From Pyrinomonadaceae bacterium (GTDB taxonomy: Bacteria > Acidobacteriota > Blastocatellia > Pyrinomonadales > Pyrinomonadaceae): a stretch of DNA of 64,000 nt. Every line of letters starts with the position of its first letter. Within the stretch, counting starts at the first letter, position 1. Below the pieces are notes generated by a model. That model was not told the origin of the DNA, did not search any database, and saw only the letters and a list, made by a program, of their open reading frames with translations. Both the position numbers and the translations under genes were made by a program. The stretch spans positions 919-64,918 of the forward strand of contig DATJKB010000744.1 in the NCBI GenBank assembly GCA_035491875.1, read 5' to 3'. This document shows, piece after piece, positions 56,336 to 64,000 of the stretch.

Positions 56336-59011
56336 ATGCCCATTCCTCTTCCATCACATTGCAAATCGTGCGTTCTCTATCCCGAGCATCGAGCAGGGTT
56401 GGGATTCTCGAATCTCGAAGGCTCAGGGACGAATGGCGTTCTGGTCGTCGCCGAAGCATTGGGAGAATACGAGGAGATTGATGGCCTACCCTTGCGTCCC
56501 ATGGCCCCGGCAGGCTCGGTCTTCCAGAAGTCGCTGAGATGGCAAGGACTGGATCGATCGGAGTTCACTTTGACGAATATCGTCAGATGTCGTCCTCCGA
56601 AGAACTGGTTAGATGGTGCTCCTTTCGAGAGAGAAGCGATTGATCATTGCCGTACCTACCTAGACGCGGTAATCAAAGAGCGCAAGCCGAAGTGCATTTT
56701 AGCTTTGGGGGGGATTGCGCTCAGAGAATTAACTGGGTTGAGTGGGGAGAAGAGGACGATCTCGCACTTGAGGGGATTCGTGCTGAATTCTCGCTATGAC
56801 ATCCCGCTCGTAGCAACTTATCATCCGTCGTTCATCGTGCGTGGAGCATCGCACTTACTTGGAGTCGTGATTCGTGACGTGAAATTAGCAACTCGCGTGG
56901 CTGCGACTGGGATTCCTGTTGAGCAAGTTGACTATCAGCTCAGCCCGACTCCGAACGAGGTTCGTCAGTGGTTCAACTCACTATTGCCGTCAGATCCAAT
57001 CTCACTCGACATCGAAACTGACATGTTCGAGAAAGACGATGTTGATTTTGCGTCAAACGCGAAGATCACTCAGATTCAATTCTCAGCGAAATCTGGAACA
57101 GCGATCGTCTTACCCTACATCTCCACCTACTTCGACGTGATTGGTGAAGTTCTTGCGTCAGCAAATCCGAAGTGGACGTGGAACGGCAGAATGTTCGACG
57201 TGCCAATTCTCAGAGCTGCTGGATTCGAGGTCAATGGAGAGCATCACGATTTGATGCTTGCATGGAGACATCTCCAGCCTGACTTCGATGCAGAATCGAG
57301 GTTGATGTCGTTGCAGAGTTGTACGTCATTCTATGCTCCATTCTTTAGACCGTGGAAACACGAGTCATCGATCGATCTGCCCCTCTATGGGGCAAAGGAC
57401 GCGGATTCGACATTCAGGTGTGGATCTGGACTCATGTCCGACTTGCAGAAGCGCGGGCTCTGGAGAGGATATTACGAGCACAAATTCAGATTGAAAGACG
57501 TGCTTGATGATCTGGGCAAGCGAGGACTGCCTGTGGATGCGCAGGGACAGGCTGAGTTTAGACTGGAAGTGATGACTGAGTCCGAGAAGTTGAGTAGTGA
57601 GTTGCAGCAACACATTCCATCTCAGTTGCTCGATCTGCACCCGAAACAAGGCTACAAAGTCATTCCGAAGCCGATCAAAGAATTAGTTGCGTCCTGCATA
57701 GGCCAGCCGATCGAGCAGATCGTTGCAAGGGTCAGGTCTGAGTTGAACTATGACTATCGAACGTTCGGCGTCAATGGCGACTCAGTTGAGAGATGGTGCA
57801 AAGCTCTGCCATTCAATCCCAACTCCTCGCAGCAACTTCTCCGCTATATCAAGCACATGAATTACAAAGTCCCCAAGAAATGGGGCGAGGACAAAGAGAC
57901 GACGGGGAAGGATGCGTTGGAGAAACTCTTTCACCAGACCGGGGATCGCGTCATTGGACTGGTGCGTGAAGTCCGCAAGATGAACAAATTAGTCTCAGCA
58001 TTTACGACAGGCAACTGGCGTCCTGCTGACGACGGCAGAGTTCATCCTACTTTCCTATTTGGGACTGCGACTGGTCAATTGAGTTGCCAGCGTCCCAACA
58101 TTCAGCAATTCCCCGTGCATGGAGATCTCGCGTGCAAATTCAAACGCATGATTCGCGCAGAATCCGGTCATACATTTATCTCACTCGACTTCAGATCGTT
58201 CCATGCTCGATCACTTGGATGGATCTCGCTCGACGAGGATTACTACAAACTCGCCGACTTCGACGTTCATTCATTTGTCACTGCTCATTTCGTGCGTCTG
58301 CCTGAAGCAGAACATTTGTTGTCATTACCTGATGAGCAGCTTAGATCTGCCCTGAGCAAAGTCAAATCTCAGTACAAGGACATTCGAGATCAGAAAGCCA
58401 AACGCGCGATCCTCGGACTCGGATTTCACATGGGAGTAAACAAGCTCTACATGATGAATGCGGACAGCTTTAATCCAACTCTTGACGAGGTTAAGTTGCT
58501 CGCGGGCAAAGGATGGAATTCGTGGAACGACGAGCGCCGACAGAAGTATGTCAACAAGTTCGGACTGGCAGAGGCGAAGAAGTTAGTCGCACTCATTCAA
58601 CGACTCTTTCCGAGAGCATTCTCTGACTTTCCACGAGACATCGAGGATCGAATTAGACGAGTGACGAAGTGCTATTTGAAGTCGCCAGCGGGATCGAATA
58701 GATGGTTTTGGGATCTCAACTTGGAAGAAGCAGTAGCGTTTCTCCCGGCGAACATCGCTCATGCTCATATTGACGATGTAGCACTAAGACTCAATGATCA
58801 GGGATTGCTCGACAAGTTTCAGCTCGTCAACTGGATTCACGATTCACTGCTATTCCATTGTCCAACTGATCTAGTTGATGAATGCACCTCGATCGTGCAG
58901 CGAGAGATGTCACTGCCGTCTGAGATTTGCGAGAACGAACTGGGCAAATTTCAATGCAACGTCGATGCGAAAGTAGGAGTTAGCTTAGCTGAAATGAAGG
59001 AAGTGAAATGA
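56336..59011 (+). CDS. DNA polymerase, family A, with N-terminal family-4 UDG-like domain and 3'-5' exonuclease domain
   Basis: 891 aa. UDG-like motifs: CKSC..., AEALGEYEEIDGLPLRPMAPAGSVF, and ATYHPSF. Exonuclease I motif: SLDIETD. Polymerase motifs: TATGQLSCQRPNIQQFP, motif A SLDFRSFHARS, motif B RDQKAKRAILGLGFHMG, motif C NWIHDSLLF. Confidence 0.9.
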   Translation: MPIPLPSHCKSCVLYPEHRAGLGFSNLEGSGTNGVLVVAEALGEYEEIDGLPLRPMAPAGSVFQKSLRWQGLDRSEFTLTNIVRCRPPKNWLDGAPFEREAIDHCRTYLDAVIKERKPKCILALGGIALRELTGLSGEKRTISHLRGFVLNSRYDIPLVATYHPSFIVRGASHLLGVVIRDVKLATRVAATGIPVEQVDYQLSPTPNEVRQWFNSLLPSDPISLDIETDMFEKDDVDFASNAKITQIQFSAKSGTAIVLPYISTYFDVIGEVLASANPKWTWNGRMFDVPILRAAGFEVNGEHHDLMLAWRHLQPDFDAESRLMSLQSCTSFYAPFFRPWKHESSIDLPLYGAKDADSTFRCGSGLMSDLQKRGLWRGYYEHKFRLKDVLDDLGKRGLPVDAQGQAEFRLEVMTESEKLSSELQQHIPSQLLDLHPKQGYKVIPKPIKELVASCIGQPIEQIVARVRSELNYDYRTFGVNGDSVERWCKALPFNPNSSQQLLRYIKHMNYKVPKKWGEDKETTGKDALEKLFHQTGDRVIGLVREVRKMNKLVSAFTTGNWRPADDGRVHPTFLFGTATGQLSCQRPNIQQFPVHGDLACKFKRMIRAESGHTFISLDFRSFHARSLGWISLDEDYYKLADFDVHSFVTAHFVRLPEAEHLLSLPDEQLRSALSKVKSQYKDIRDQKAKRAILGLGFHMGVNKLYMMNADSFNPTLDEVKLLAGKGWNSWNDERRQKYVNKFGLAEAKKLVALIQRLFPRAFSDFPRDIEDRIRRVTKCYLKSPAGSNRWFWDLNLEEAVAFLPANIAHAHIDDVALRLNDQGLLDKFQLVNWIHDSLLFHCPTDLVDECTSIVQREMSLPSEICENELGKFQCNVDAKVGVSLAEMKEVK

Positions 59012-59154
59012 ACGATCCTTATCCTGAACCTTTCGAGTGGTCCGTCGAATTCATCATGCCGATCATCGTTGGACTGATTCCACATGAATGTGAGCAGGGT
59101 TTCTATCCGCTGATTGATGGGAGTCTAATCGAATGTCCGACGTGCAGCAAATAA
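59008..59154 (+). CDS. Possible 48-aa protein
   Basis: Hand-found with an ATGA overlap to the polymerase stop. It competes with the 5' end of the next ORF. Confidence 0.25.
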   Translation: MNDPYPEPFEWSVEFIMPIIVGLIPHECEQGFYPLIDGSLIECPTCSK

Positions 59155-59318
59155 GTGATTCGGAAGACGCTAAGCAGTGGACTCCTGATCGAATAGCGTC
59201 GCTCAAGTGCGTCGTGCGCGAGGACGGGAGACGCTCGCATATCTTCCTCGATCACTCGAATAAGTGTGAGTGCGGGGATAAAGATTTGAATGCGTACAGA
59301 GACATGGAGCTAAGATGA
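59133..59318 (+). CDS. Hypothetical protein (61 aa)
   Basis: Track ORF. Confidence 0.35.
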   Translation: MSDVQQISDSEDAKQWTPDRIASLKCVVREDGRRSHIFLDHSNKCECGDKDLNAYRDMELR

Positions 59319-59512
59319 ACGATAACTTTCTAGCGCGATTCCGCAATGTCAACGTAGCCCGAGCTGATCAGGACTTCAAAGACTACGATCCACCTTATCT
59401 TAGCAATGAACAAACACACACGCTTTTGACGATCGAGCCGCCTGACTGGAAACTAAGTCTGACCGCGATTGAGATTGAGGCCATGAACGTTGCCAAGATG
59501 GAGACGCAATGA
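59315..59512 (+). CDS. Hypothetical protein (65 aa)
   Basis: Track ORF with a 4-nt overlap. Confidence 0.4.
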   Translation: MNDNFLARFRNVNVARADQDFKDYDPPYLSNEQTHTLLTIEPPDWKLSLTAIEIEAMNVAKMETQ

Positions 59513-59700
59513 CCCCTCCCAAACTCGCCATCGTAATCAATCTCAATCAGCTTGAGCAATTGATGAAGGAGTACGTCGCAGAGGAAATCTCAGGCGATGA
59601 ATTCGTTCACGAACAACTACGACTGGGGCACTTCCTGCTCTGGTTGTACAAGAGACGACAGGAGGAAATGGATGTCAGTTCACGTACAGACCGGACATAA
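59509..59700 (+). CDS. Hypothetical protein (63 aa)
   Basis: Track ORF with a 4-nt overlap. Confidence 0.4.
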   Translation: MTPPKLAIVINLNQLEQLMKEYVAEEISGDEFVHEQLRLGHFLLWLYKRRQEEMDVSSRTDRT

Positions 59701-59884
59701 GCTTGACGTGGTTTATAGCGTCAGTAGCGAGGGTCGTCAGCACCTTCAGGGTATTCAGCCCCACGGAGGCATACTACTCCCATTATATGAGAAGCAGGCG
59801 CAGGCACTTATCGACGTACTGCAAAGAATCTTAAACGAAATAACAGAGCAGGAGACAGCAAATGGCAAGAAGTCCACTGACTGA
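59672..59884 (+). CDS. Hypothetical protein (70 aa)
   Basis: ATG 59672 lies behind AGGAGGAAA. It is the internal start of track ORF 59597..59884. Confidence 0.4.
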   Translation: MSVHVQTGHKLDVVYSVSSEGRQHLQGIQPHGGILLPLYEKQAQALIDVLQRILNEITEQETANGKKSTD

Positions 59885-60302
59885 AACGATTCAACGAGTG
59901 AACGGCATGGTTCATTACGTACAAGAGAACCTGAGCGCTGATGAGTACCTATTGTTTCTTGATCTATGCGTACCTGAACCCGAACCGGAGACTGCTAAGC
60001 CCGCTAAGAAGAAGCGCAAGTCGTCGAGCAAGTCGTCACGTGCGTCGAAGCTCTCCACTGCAATTCGCGATAACCTACAGCGACGGGCTGTAACCGAGCA
60101 GTCAGATGACGATCCCAACGCCCACTGCCAGAAGGAATTCGATGGCGGCTTCATTTGCAACGAACCAGCCGACGCAAATGTCCACCACCTACGCGGCGCG
60201 ACCGGGTATCACGAGTTTGTCGTGGGGAAGTTGAGTGCGTCCGTTACTGAACCCTCGAACGATCCGAGCGAGTCGGCTGTAATTGCCGGAGCGGGAGACT
60301 GA
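59862..60302 (+). CDS. Hypothetical protein with Lys/Ser-rich linker (146 aa)
   Basis: Track ORF. Confidence 0.45.
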   Translation: MARSPLTETIQRVNGMVHYVQENLSADEYLLFLDLCVPEPEPETAKPAKKKRKSSSKSSRASKLSTAIRDNLQRRAVTEQSDDDPNAHCQKEFDGGFICNEPADANVHHLRGATGYHEFVVGKLSASVTEPSNDPSESAVIAGAGD

Positions 60303-60303
60303 T

Positions 60304-60909
60304 ATGGGCGGTCCTTCTATCAAGCGCGGTGAGTCGTCAGGCGACATTTGGACGCCGCAAGTCTTCATCGACGCCGTAGAGCGCAACTGGGGACCGCTAG
60401 CAGTGGATCTGGCCGCGACTCCCCAAAGCGCGAAGGCTCCGGTATGGATCGACGAGAAGCGCAACTCGCTATCGCCGGACGTGGGATGGTCTGTACTGCG
60501 TGGAAACCTATGGCTAAACCCGCCCTACTCGAACATTACACCGTGGGCGCGGAAGTGCGCCGAGTCTTACGAGTTGAACGAACAGGTCGAGATCTTCCTG
60601 CTCGTCCCTGCATCAATCGGAGCTAATTGGTTTTGGGACTGGGTGTGGCCTTACGCAACTGTCTACAGCGTGGGTCGGATGGTGTTCGACAACTGTTTCG
60701 ACAAGCACGGCAATCTCGTGACTACGCCCTACCCGAAGGACTTGATTCTTGCGCATTACACGAATACGACGCCGAGTAGCGTGCTACAACGCTGGCCGTG
60801 GAAGCTGTCGTTGACGAAGGAAGAAGCGGATTTAGTTATTGGTGCAATTCCATTACAAGCACTACCCGACGCGAGTGCGCAAAGTGCAGCGGGAGGTTCA
60901 AGTGAATGA
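60304..60909 (+). CDS. DNA N6-adenine methyltransferase (phage Dam type)
   Basis: The NPPY catalytic motif is present (NLWLNPPYSNITPWARKC). The size and layout are typical of phage Dam-like enzymes. ATG 60304. Confidence 0.75.
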   Translation: MGGPSIKRGESSGDIWTPQVFIDAVERNWGPLAVDLAATPQSAKAPVWIDEKRNSLSPDVGWSVLRGNLWLNPPYSNITPWARKCAESYELNEQVEIFLLVPASIGANWFWDWVWPYATVYSVGRMVFDNCFDKHGNLVTTPYPKDLILAHYTNTTPSSVLQRWPWKLSLTKEEADLVIGAIPLQALPDASAQSAAGGSSE

Positions 60910-61189
60910 CTTTGATGAAATTCTGAGGCGCGAGCCGCTAACGCAAGCGAATCTCGACATGCTGGCTCGAACGCTGCGACCGATTGAGGCAATAGTTGTC
61001 CGTCTCGGCGATGCCGATTTGTCGAAAGGCGCGGGGGTGCTTAGTAATAACCGGAAGTGTATCTGGACCAAAGACGGGCATCGAATTACGTTTACGATGA
61101 TTAGTGGCGGCGGATTTCTTAGCAGTCTCAGCAAAGAAGTCGATCCGGCTGCGAATCCCGACGCAACCCCCGCCCCGAGTGGAGAGTGA
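60902..61189 (+). CDS. Hypothetical protein (95 aa)
   Basis: GTG 60902 has a GTGA overlap. The start is uncertain. Confidence 0.35.
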   Translation: MNDFDEILRREPLTQANLDMLARTLRPIEAIVVRLGDADLSKGAGVLSNNRKCIWTKDGHRITFTMISGGGFLSSLSKEVDPAANPDATPAPSGE

Positions 61190-61192
61190 GAG

Positions 61193-61591
61193 ATGGAACG
61201 GATAACTTACATTAGCGAACAGGACAGGGATTACGCCAAAAGTCTGAAAGCTGCGCAAACGCATGACGCGCTCAAGGCTCACGTTTCTGCGTGGCGTTCG
61301 GTTGCGGACGACGCCTTTAAACAAGTAGCCGCGGAGTCGTTCGACTTTGCCGAATTTCAAGAGGGCCGTAAGAAGGAAAGTCGTAATGAATACGCGGGCG
61401 ATGGATGGGCCATGAAGTACGGAGCCATTCTGATGCCGGAAATAATGATCCGCGTTTGCGTTGTAGCGCAACAATATGGTGCTCCGTGGGGCTGCGCGTA
61501 CATTCGACTGAAAGAAGCAGGCGTTATCGACGATAGCAGTGGAATTGCGGTATGGAAGGAACACGACGACAGCTCCAACGACATCAGCTAA
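61193..61591 (+). CDS. Hypothetical protein (132 aa)
   Basis: Track ORF. Confidence 0.45.
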   Translation: MERITYISEQDRDYAKSLKAAQTHDALKAHVSAWRSVADDAFKQVAAESFDFAEFQEGRKKESRNEYAGDGWAMKYGAILMPEIMIRVCVVAQQYGAPWGCAYIRLKEAGVIDDSSGIAVWKEHDDSSNDIS

Positions 61592-61604
61592 CGAGGAGGG
61601 GGAG

Positions 61605-61754
61605 ATGAACGAGTTATGTGAGCATTGCGCTGGAACGATTCCGTACCATCGCGGACGGAAGGTGACGATTTGTACGCGCTGCCGTCTCGAAGGCCACACG
61701 TCGCCGCAAGAGGAATGCGAAGTCTGTCGCAGGTTGGACGAGGACGATAACTGA
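61605..61754 (+). CDS. Zinc-ribbon protein (49 aa)
   Basis: ATG 61605 lies behind GAGGAGGGGGAG. Motifs: CEHC...CTRC...CEVC. Confidence 0.4.
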   Translation: MNELCEHCAGTIPYHRGRKVTICTRCRLEGHTSPQEECEVCRRLDEDDN

Positions 61755-61954
61755 TGCCGTCGTGTTCCGAGTGCTCAACCGACTTTACTCCCCGTGACTA
61801 TCTCCACTTGTGCGATATGTGTGGCGAGCAATTGCAACGCTCCTACGATCAATTACAGGAGTTTCGGGCAGGGGTGTTGGGATTCGAGGTGATTAGTGGA
61901 CGAGTGATGTTCGGCGAAAGTGAGACGAAGGAGAGAGTTTGGAGGGTGGGATGA
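61754..61954 (+). CDS. Zinc-ribbon protein (66 aa)
   Basis: Motif: CSEC...CDMCG. Confidence 0.4.
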   Translation: MPSCSECSTDFTPRDYLHLCDMCGEQLQRSYDQLQEFRAGVLGFEVISGRVMFGESETKERVWRVG

Positions 61955-62397
61955 GTGACTCAACTAAAGAAGCAGAAACAAGACAATTTTCATTACGAGC
62001 AGTACTTACTGTAACGTCTGGTAGGCTGATTACCGAGATAGGCGAAATATATCAAATCCTTAATTGGATAACAGGCGATGAGATATTTACGCATCAGATC
62101 CCGCGCGCTATAGGGTCCGCCGCCCCGTGGCTTCTCAAATGCTTCCCCGAACTCGCGCCCGCGTCCGTCAATCTTGAGAGTCTGGATCGATGGATTAAGT
62201 CTGACCATACAGGTGGCCATGAGGGGATCAGGATGTGGATAACTGAATTGAAAATGATGTTTCCCGATCTGAAAGACCACTACGACATTGTGCCGCTGTC
62301 GGAGGGCTGGATCAGTATGGACCCGCGAATTGAAGCGGAAACGATCGTAGGAGATCGAAGGAAAGTGATAACAGTGGAAAGGCGGCATGACGTATGA
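61951..62397 (+). CDS. Hypothetical protein (148 aa)
   Basis: ATG 61951 has an ATGA overlap. Confidence 0.45.
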   Translation: MSDSTKEAETRQFSLRAVLTVTSGRLITEIGEIYQILNWITGDEIFTHQIPRAIGSAAPWLLKCFPELAPASVNLESLDRWIKSDHTGGHEGIRMWITELKMMFPDLKDHYDIVPLSEGWISMDPRIEAETIVGDRRKVITVERRHDV

Positions 62398-62588
62398 CGC
62401 TCCCACCCACCAAGCAGGAGATCAACGACGTGCTGGAGCGGTTGGACGAGAGTGAGTGGAAGTCTGACGCAGAGAAGCAAGGGCTCCCACTGGCAACGCG
62501 AACGAGCGGCACCGGGGCGAAGTTATTGGATGTAGACGCCACCCTCCGTCGCACGACCCCAACTTACAATAAGGAGAATCACAAATGA
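62394..62588 (+). CDS. Hypothetical protein (64 aa)
   Basis: Track ORF. Confidence 0.4.
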   Translation: MTLPPTKQEINDVLERLDESEWKSDAEKQGLPLATRTSGTGAKLLDVDATLRRTTPTYNKENHK

Positions 62589-62830
62589 CTAAAGTTAGAT
62601 CAATCAAACGTCCGTCAAAGATGGACCAACACAACGAAGCTATCAAGGCTGCAATGCCGGAAGTACGTGCGCTGGTTAAGAAGCATGGGCGCTCAATTAT
62701 CCGCTCTTGTATTGAGCGCATCTACCAGTACGAAAAGAAGGCTGCGCAGGTTGAGAAGTTGAAAGCTGAAGCCAACGCGTTAGAGCAGAAGCTAATGTCG
62801 GATGATGGCACGCTCAGCGCAGCTAGATAG
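62585..62830 (+). CDS. Hypothetical coiled-coil protein (81 aa)
   Basis: Track ORF. Confidence 0.4.
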   Translation: MTKVRSIKRPSKMDQHNEAIKAAMPEVRALVKKHGRSIIRSCIERIYQYEKKAAQVEKLKAEANALEQKLMSDDGTLSAAR

Positions 62831-62835
62831 TCACA

Positions 62836-63123
62836 GTGAAACGCTCCACGCGCACAACTCCAGTTGGTTTAGGCTGTCCGCGTTGTCATCGAGGTAACAG
62901 TTCGGTAATCGACTCCCGCGACTCACTCTCAGGTAAATCTCGGCGACGCCGTCACGAATGTAATCACTGCGGCGAGAGGTTTACTACTTATGAGATCACC
63001 GCTGCTGAGTATGAGAAAATCAAAGCAATGAGATTTGACGCTGCACAACTAGATGCAACGATTGCTACCTTACGCGCAGTGAAAGCTCAATTTGGAGAAA
63101 CCAATGGACATGCCAAAAACTGA
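62836..63123 (+). CDS. NrdR-like zinc-ribbon protein lacking the ATP-cone
   Basis: 95 aa. GCPRCHRGNSSVIDSRDSLSGKSRRRRHECNHCGERFTTYE matches the NrdR N-terminal signature CP.C....V.DSR......RRRR.C..C..RFTT.E. The remaining 45 residues are unrelated to an ATP-cone. Confidence 0.65.
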   Translation: MKRSTRTTPVGLGCPRCHRGNSSVIDSRDSLSGKSRRRRHECNHCGERFTTYEITAAEYEKIKAMRFDAAQLDATIATLRAVKAQFGETNGHAKN

Positions 63124-63337
63124 ATACGACTTCCTGCTGGGGTTTTACCTGCATCTTTCGGTGTTTGATCCTTTCACGTCCACGTTCACCTTTCTTACTC
63201 CACCTGAACGACAGGAAATAATGTTGACGATTTCGGTATTGAAGAGGAAGTTGCAGGAGATTATGCCGAAGGTTCAGGATCGGGAAACGAGTGAGAGTTC
63301 GAGACGCACGCAGCCGGATTACGGGAAGGAGAAGTGA
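63104..63337 (+). CDS. Hypothetical protein (77 aa)
   Basis: Internal ATG of track ORF 63092..63337. Confidence 0.35.
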   Translation: MDMPKTEYDFLLGFYLHLSVFDPFTSTFTFLTPPERQEIMLTISVLKRKLQEIMPKVQDRETSESSRRTQPDYGKEK

Positions 63338-63630
63338 TGAGTAGACTCGACGAAGCGTTTATAGCAGCAGCGGACATACATGAGAGCGATGAAATAGACG
63401 ATGGCCCGTATAACTTTCTTAGACTGGAATGTCTTGGCCCCGCGGGGAGCAAAATGCCGTGGGCGGCAATGTTTGATTGCTCTCAAGGAGATGACGAGTG
63501 GTTCGAGGATCGCTCAATCAACGATTACCCAACCGCATTTAGGGCCAATACGCCAGAAGACGCAATCTTTGGTGCGGTTGAAAAGTTCAATAAGTTAACA
63601 AGCAGGATCGCTAAACAGAGGGATGTTTAA
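63334..63630 (+). CDS. Hypothetical acidic protein (98 aa)
   Basis: Track ORF. It is the last gene of the plus-strand block. Confidence 0.4.
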   Translation: MMSRLDEAFIAAADIHESDEIDDGPYNFLRLECLGPAGSKMPWAAMFDCSQGDDEWFEDRSINDYPTAFRANTPEDAIFGAVEKFNKLTSRIAKQRDV

Positions 63631-63751
63631 TAATCCAAATTGAAAGGAGGACAAAGGAAATCACGTAGAAAAGGTTAATGATTCACTAGTATTCAGTTAA
63701 CGGATAACTCAACTGGATATTAGCGTTCATTTTGAGAAAAGAGAGCAGGAG

Positions 63752-63784
63752 AGGCGCTGCGTAAAGTGGCGTCTTTCTTGTTTG
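63752..63784 (+). terminator. Intrinsic terminator candidate
   Basis: AGGCGC-TGCGTAAAGTG-GCGTCT (one G-U pair) followed by TTCTTGTTTG. It sits in the convergent gap. Confidence 0.4.
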
Positions 63785-63785
63785 A

Positions 63786-64000
63786 TTAGTCTGAGGAGCG
63801 CGGTTTATCGGTCTCGCTATAGCTAATCTCGTGCGCGTCCAGCAGTCCCTTCAACCGCTTCATCTGATGCTCGTGCAGGGTTAGTCTAGTCGCTTGCTGC
63901 GCGCTGCGATTACGCTCATTCTCCAAGTCGAGCATCAAATCAGTAGCCTTTCTTTCCCAGTGATCACGCTCGTCCTGAAGTCGCTCAGCTTTTGTTATCG
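63786..64000 (-). CDS. C-terminal part of a coiled-coil protein whose start lies beyond the window
   Basis: Hand translation: ...TKAERLQDERDHWERKATDLMLDLENERNRSAQQATRLTLHEHQMKRLKGLLDAHEISYSETDKPRSSD, with stop TAA at 63788..63786. It is not in the track. Confidence 0.4.
   Translation of the reverse strand, partial: ITKAERLQDERDHWERKATDLMLDLENERNRSAQQATRLTLHEHQMKRLKGLLDAHEISYSETDKPRSSD

Noticed and set aside
60938-61699. 253-aa minus-strand ORF
   Set aside because: It lies antisense to four tightly coupled plus-strand genes that have good ribosome-binding sites. It has a low-complexity composition and would be the only reverse gene in a 11-kb co-directional block.

Overview
The window is almost entirely a tailed-phage genome or prophage: HK97-type head, long non-contractile tail, and a lambda/GTA-like tail tip. 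No integrase or lysis enzyme was recognised.

Gene layout:
- 1-35.2 kb, minus strand: late genes. These are the tail tip, tape measure, G/GT chaperone, tail tube, head-tail adaptors, capsid, prohead protease, portal, a glycosyltransferase-methyltransferase fusion, a 1286-aa repeat protein, a tRNA cluster, and an intein-containing large terminase.
- 35.5-39.9 kb, plus strand: small genes, an HNH nuclease and a tRNA.
- 40.1-42.1 kb, minus strand: an HTH protein, small membrane and zinc-ribbon proteins, and an RHH regulator.
- 42.2-50.6 kb, plus strand: an early block of very small, often Cys4, genes.
- 50.7-52.2 kb, minus strand: an SF3 helicase and an HTH protein.
- 52.3-63.6 kb, plus strand: Cas4-like nuclease, ATPase, UDG-PolA fusion, Dam methylase and an NrdR-like zinc ribbon.

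Hand analysis added the following:
- A -1 frameshift site in the tail chaperone.
- About a dozen coding ORFs under 60 aa that the track misses.
- About twelve sigma70-type promoters, most with a TTGACA -35 and several positioned for leaderless translation.
- Several intrinsic terminators.

Most unusual observations:
- An apparently circularly permuted tRNA, with the 3' half upstream of its 5' half.
- A class-II tRNA with an Ile (UAU) anticodon.
- A tRNA-like mRNA leader.
- A two-homing-endonuclease cassette bracketed by structured 85-nt direct repeats.
- A roughly 40-unit 20-aa repeat protein.

All functional calls rest on motifs read by eye. No database search was run.
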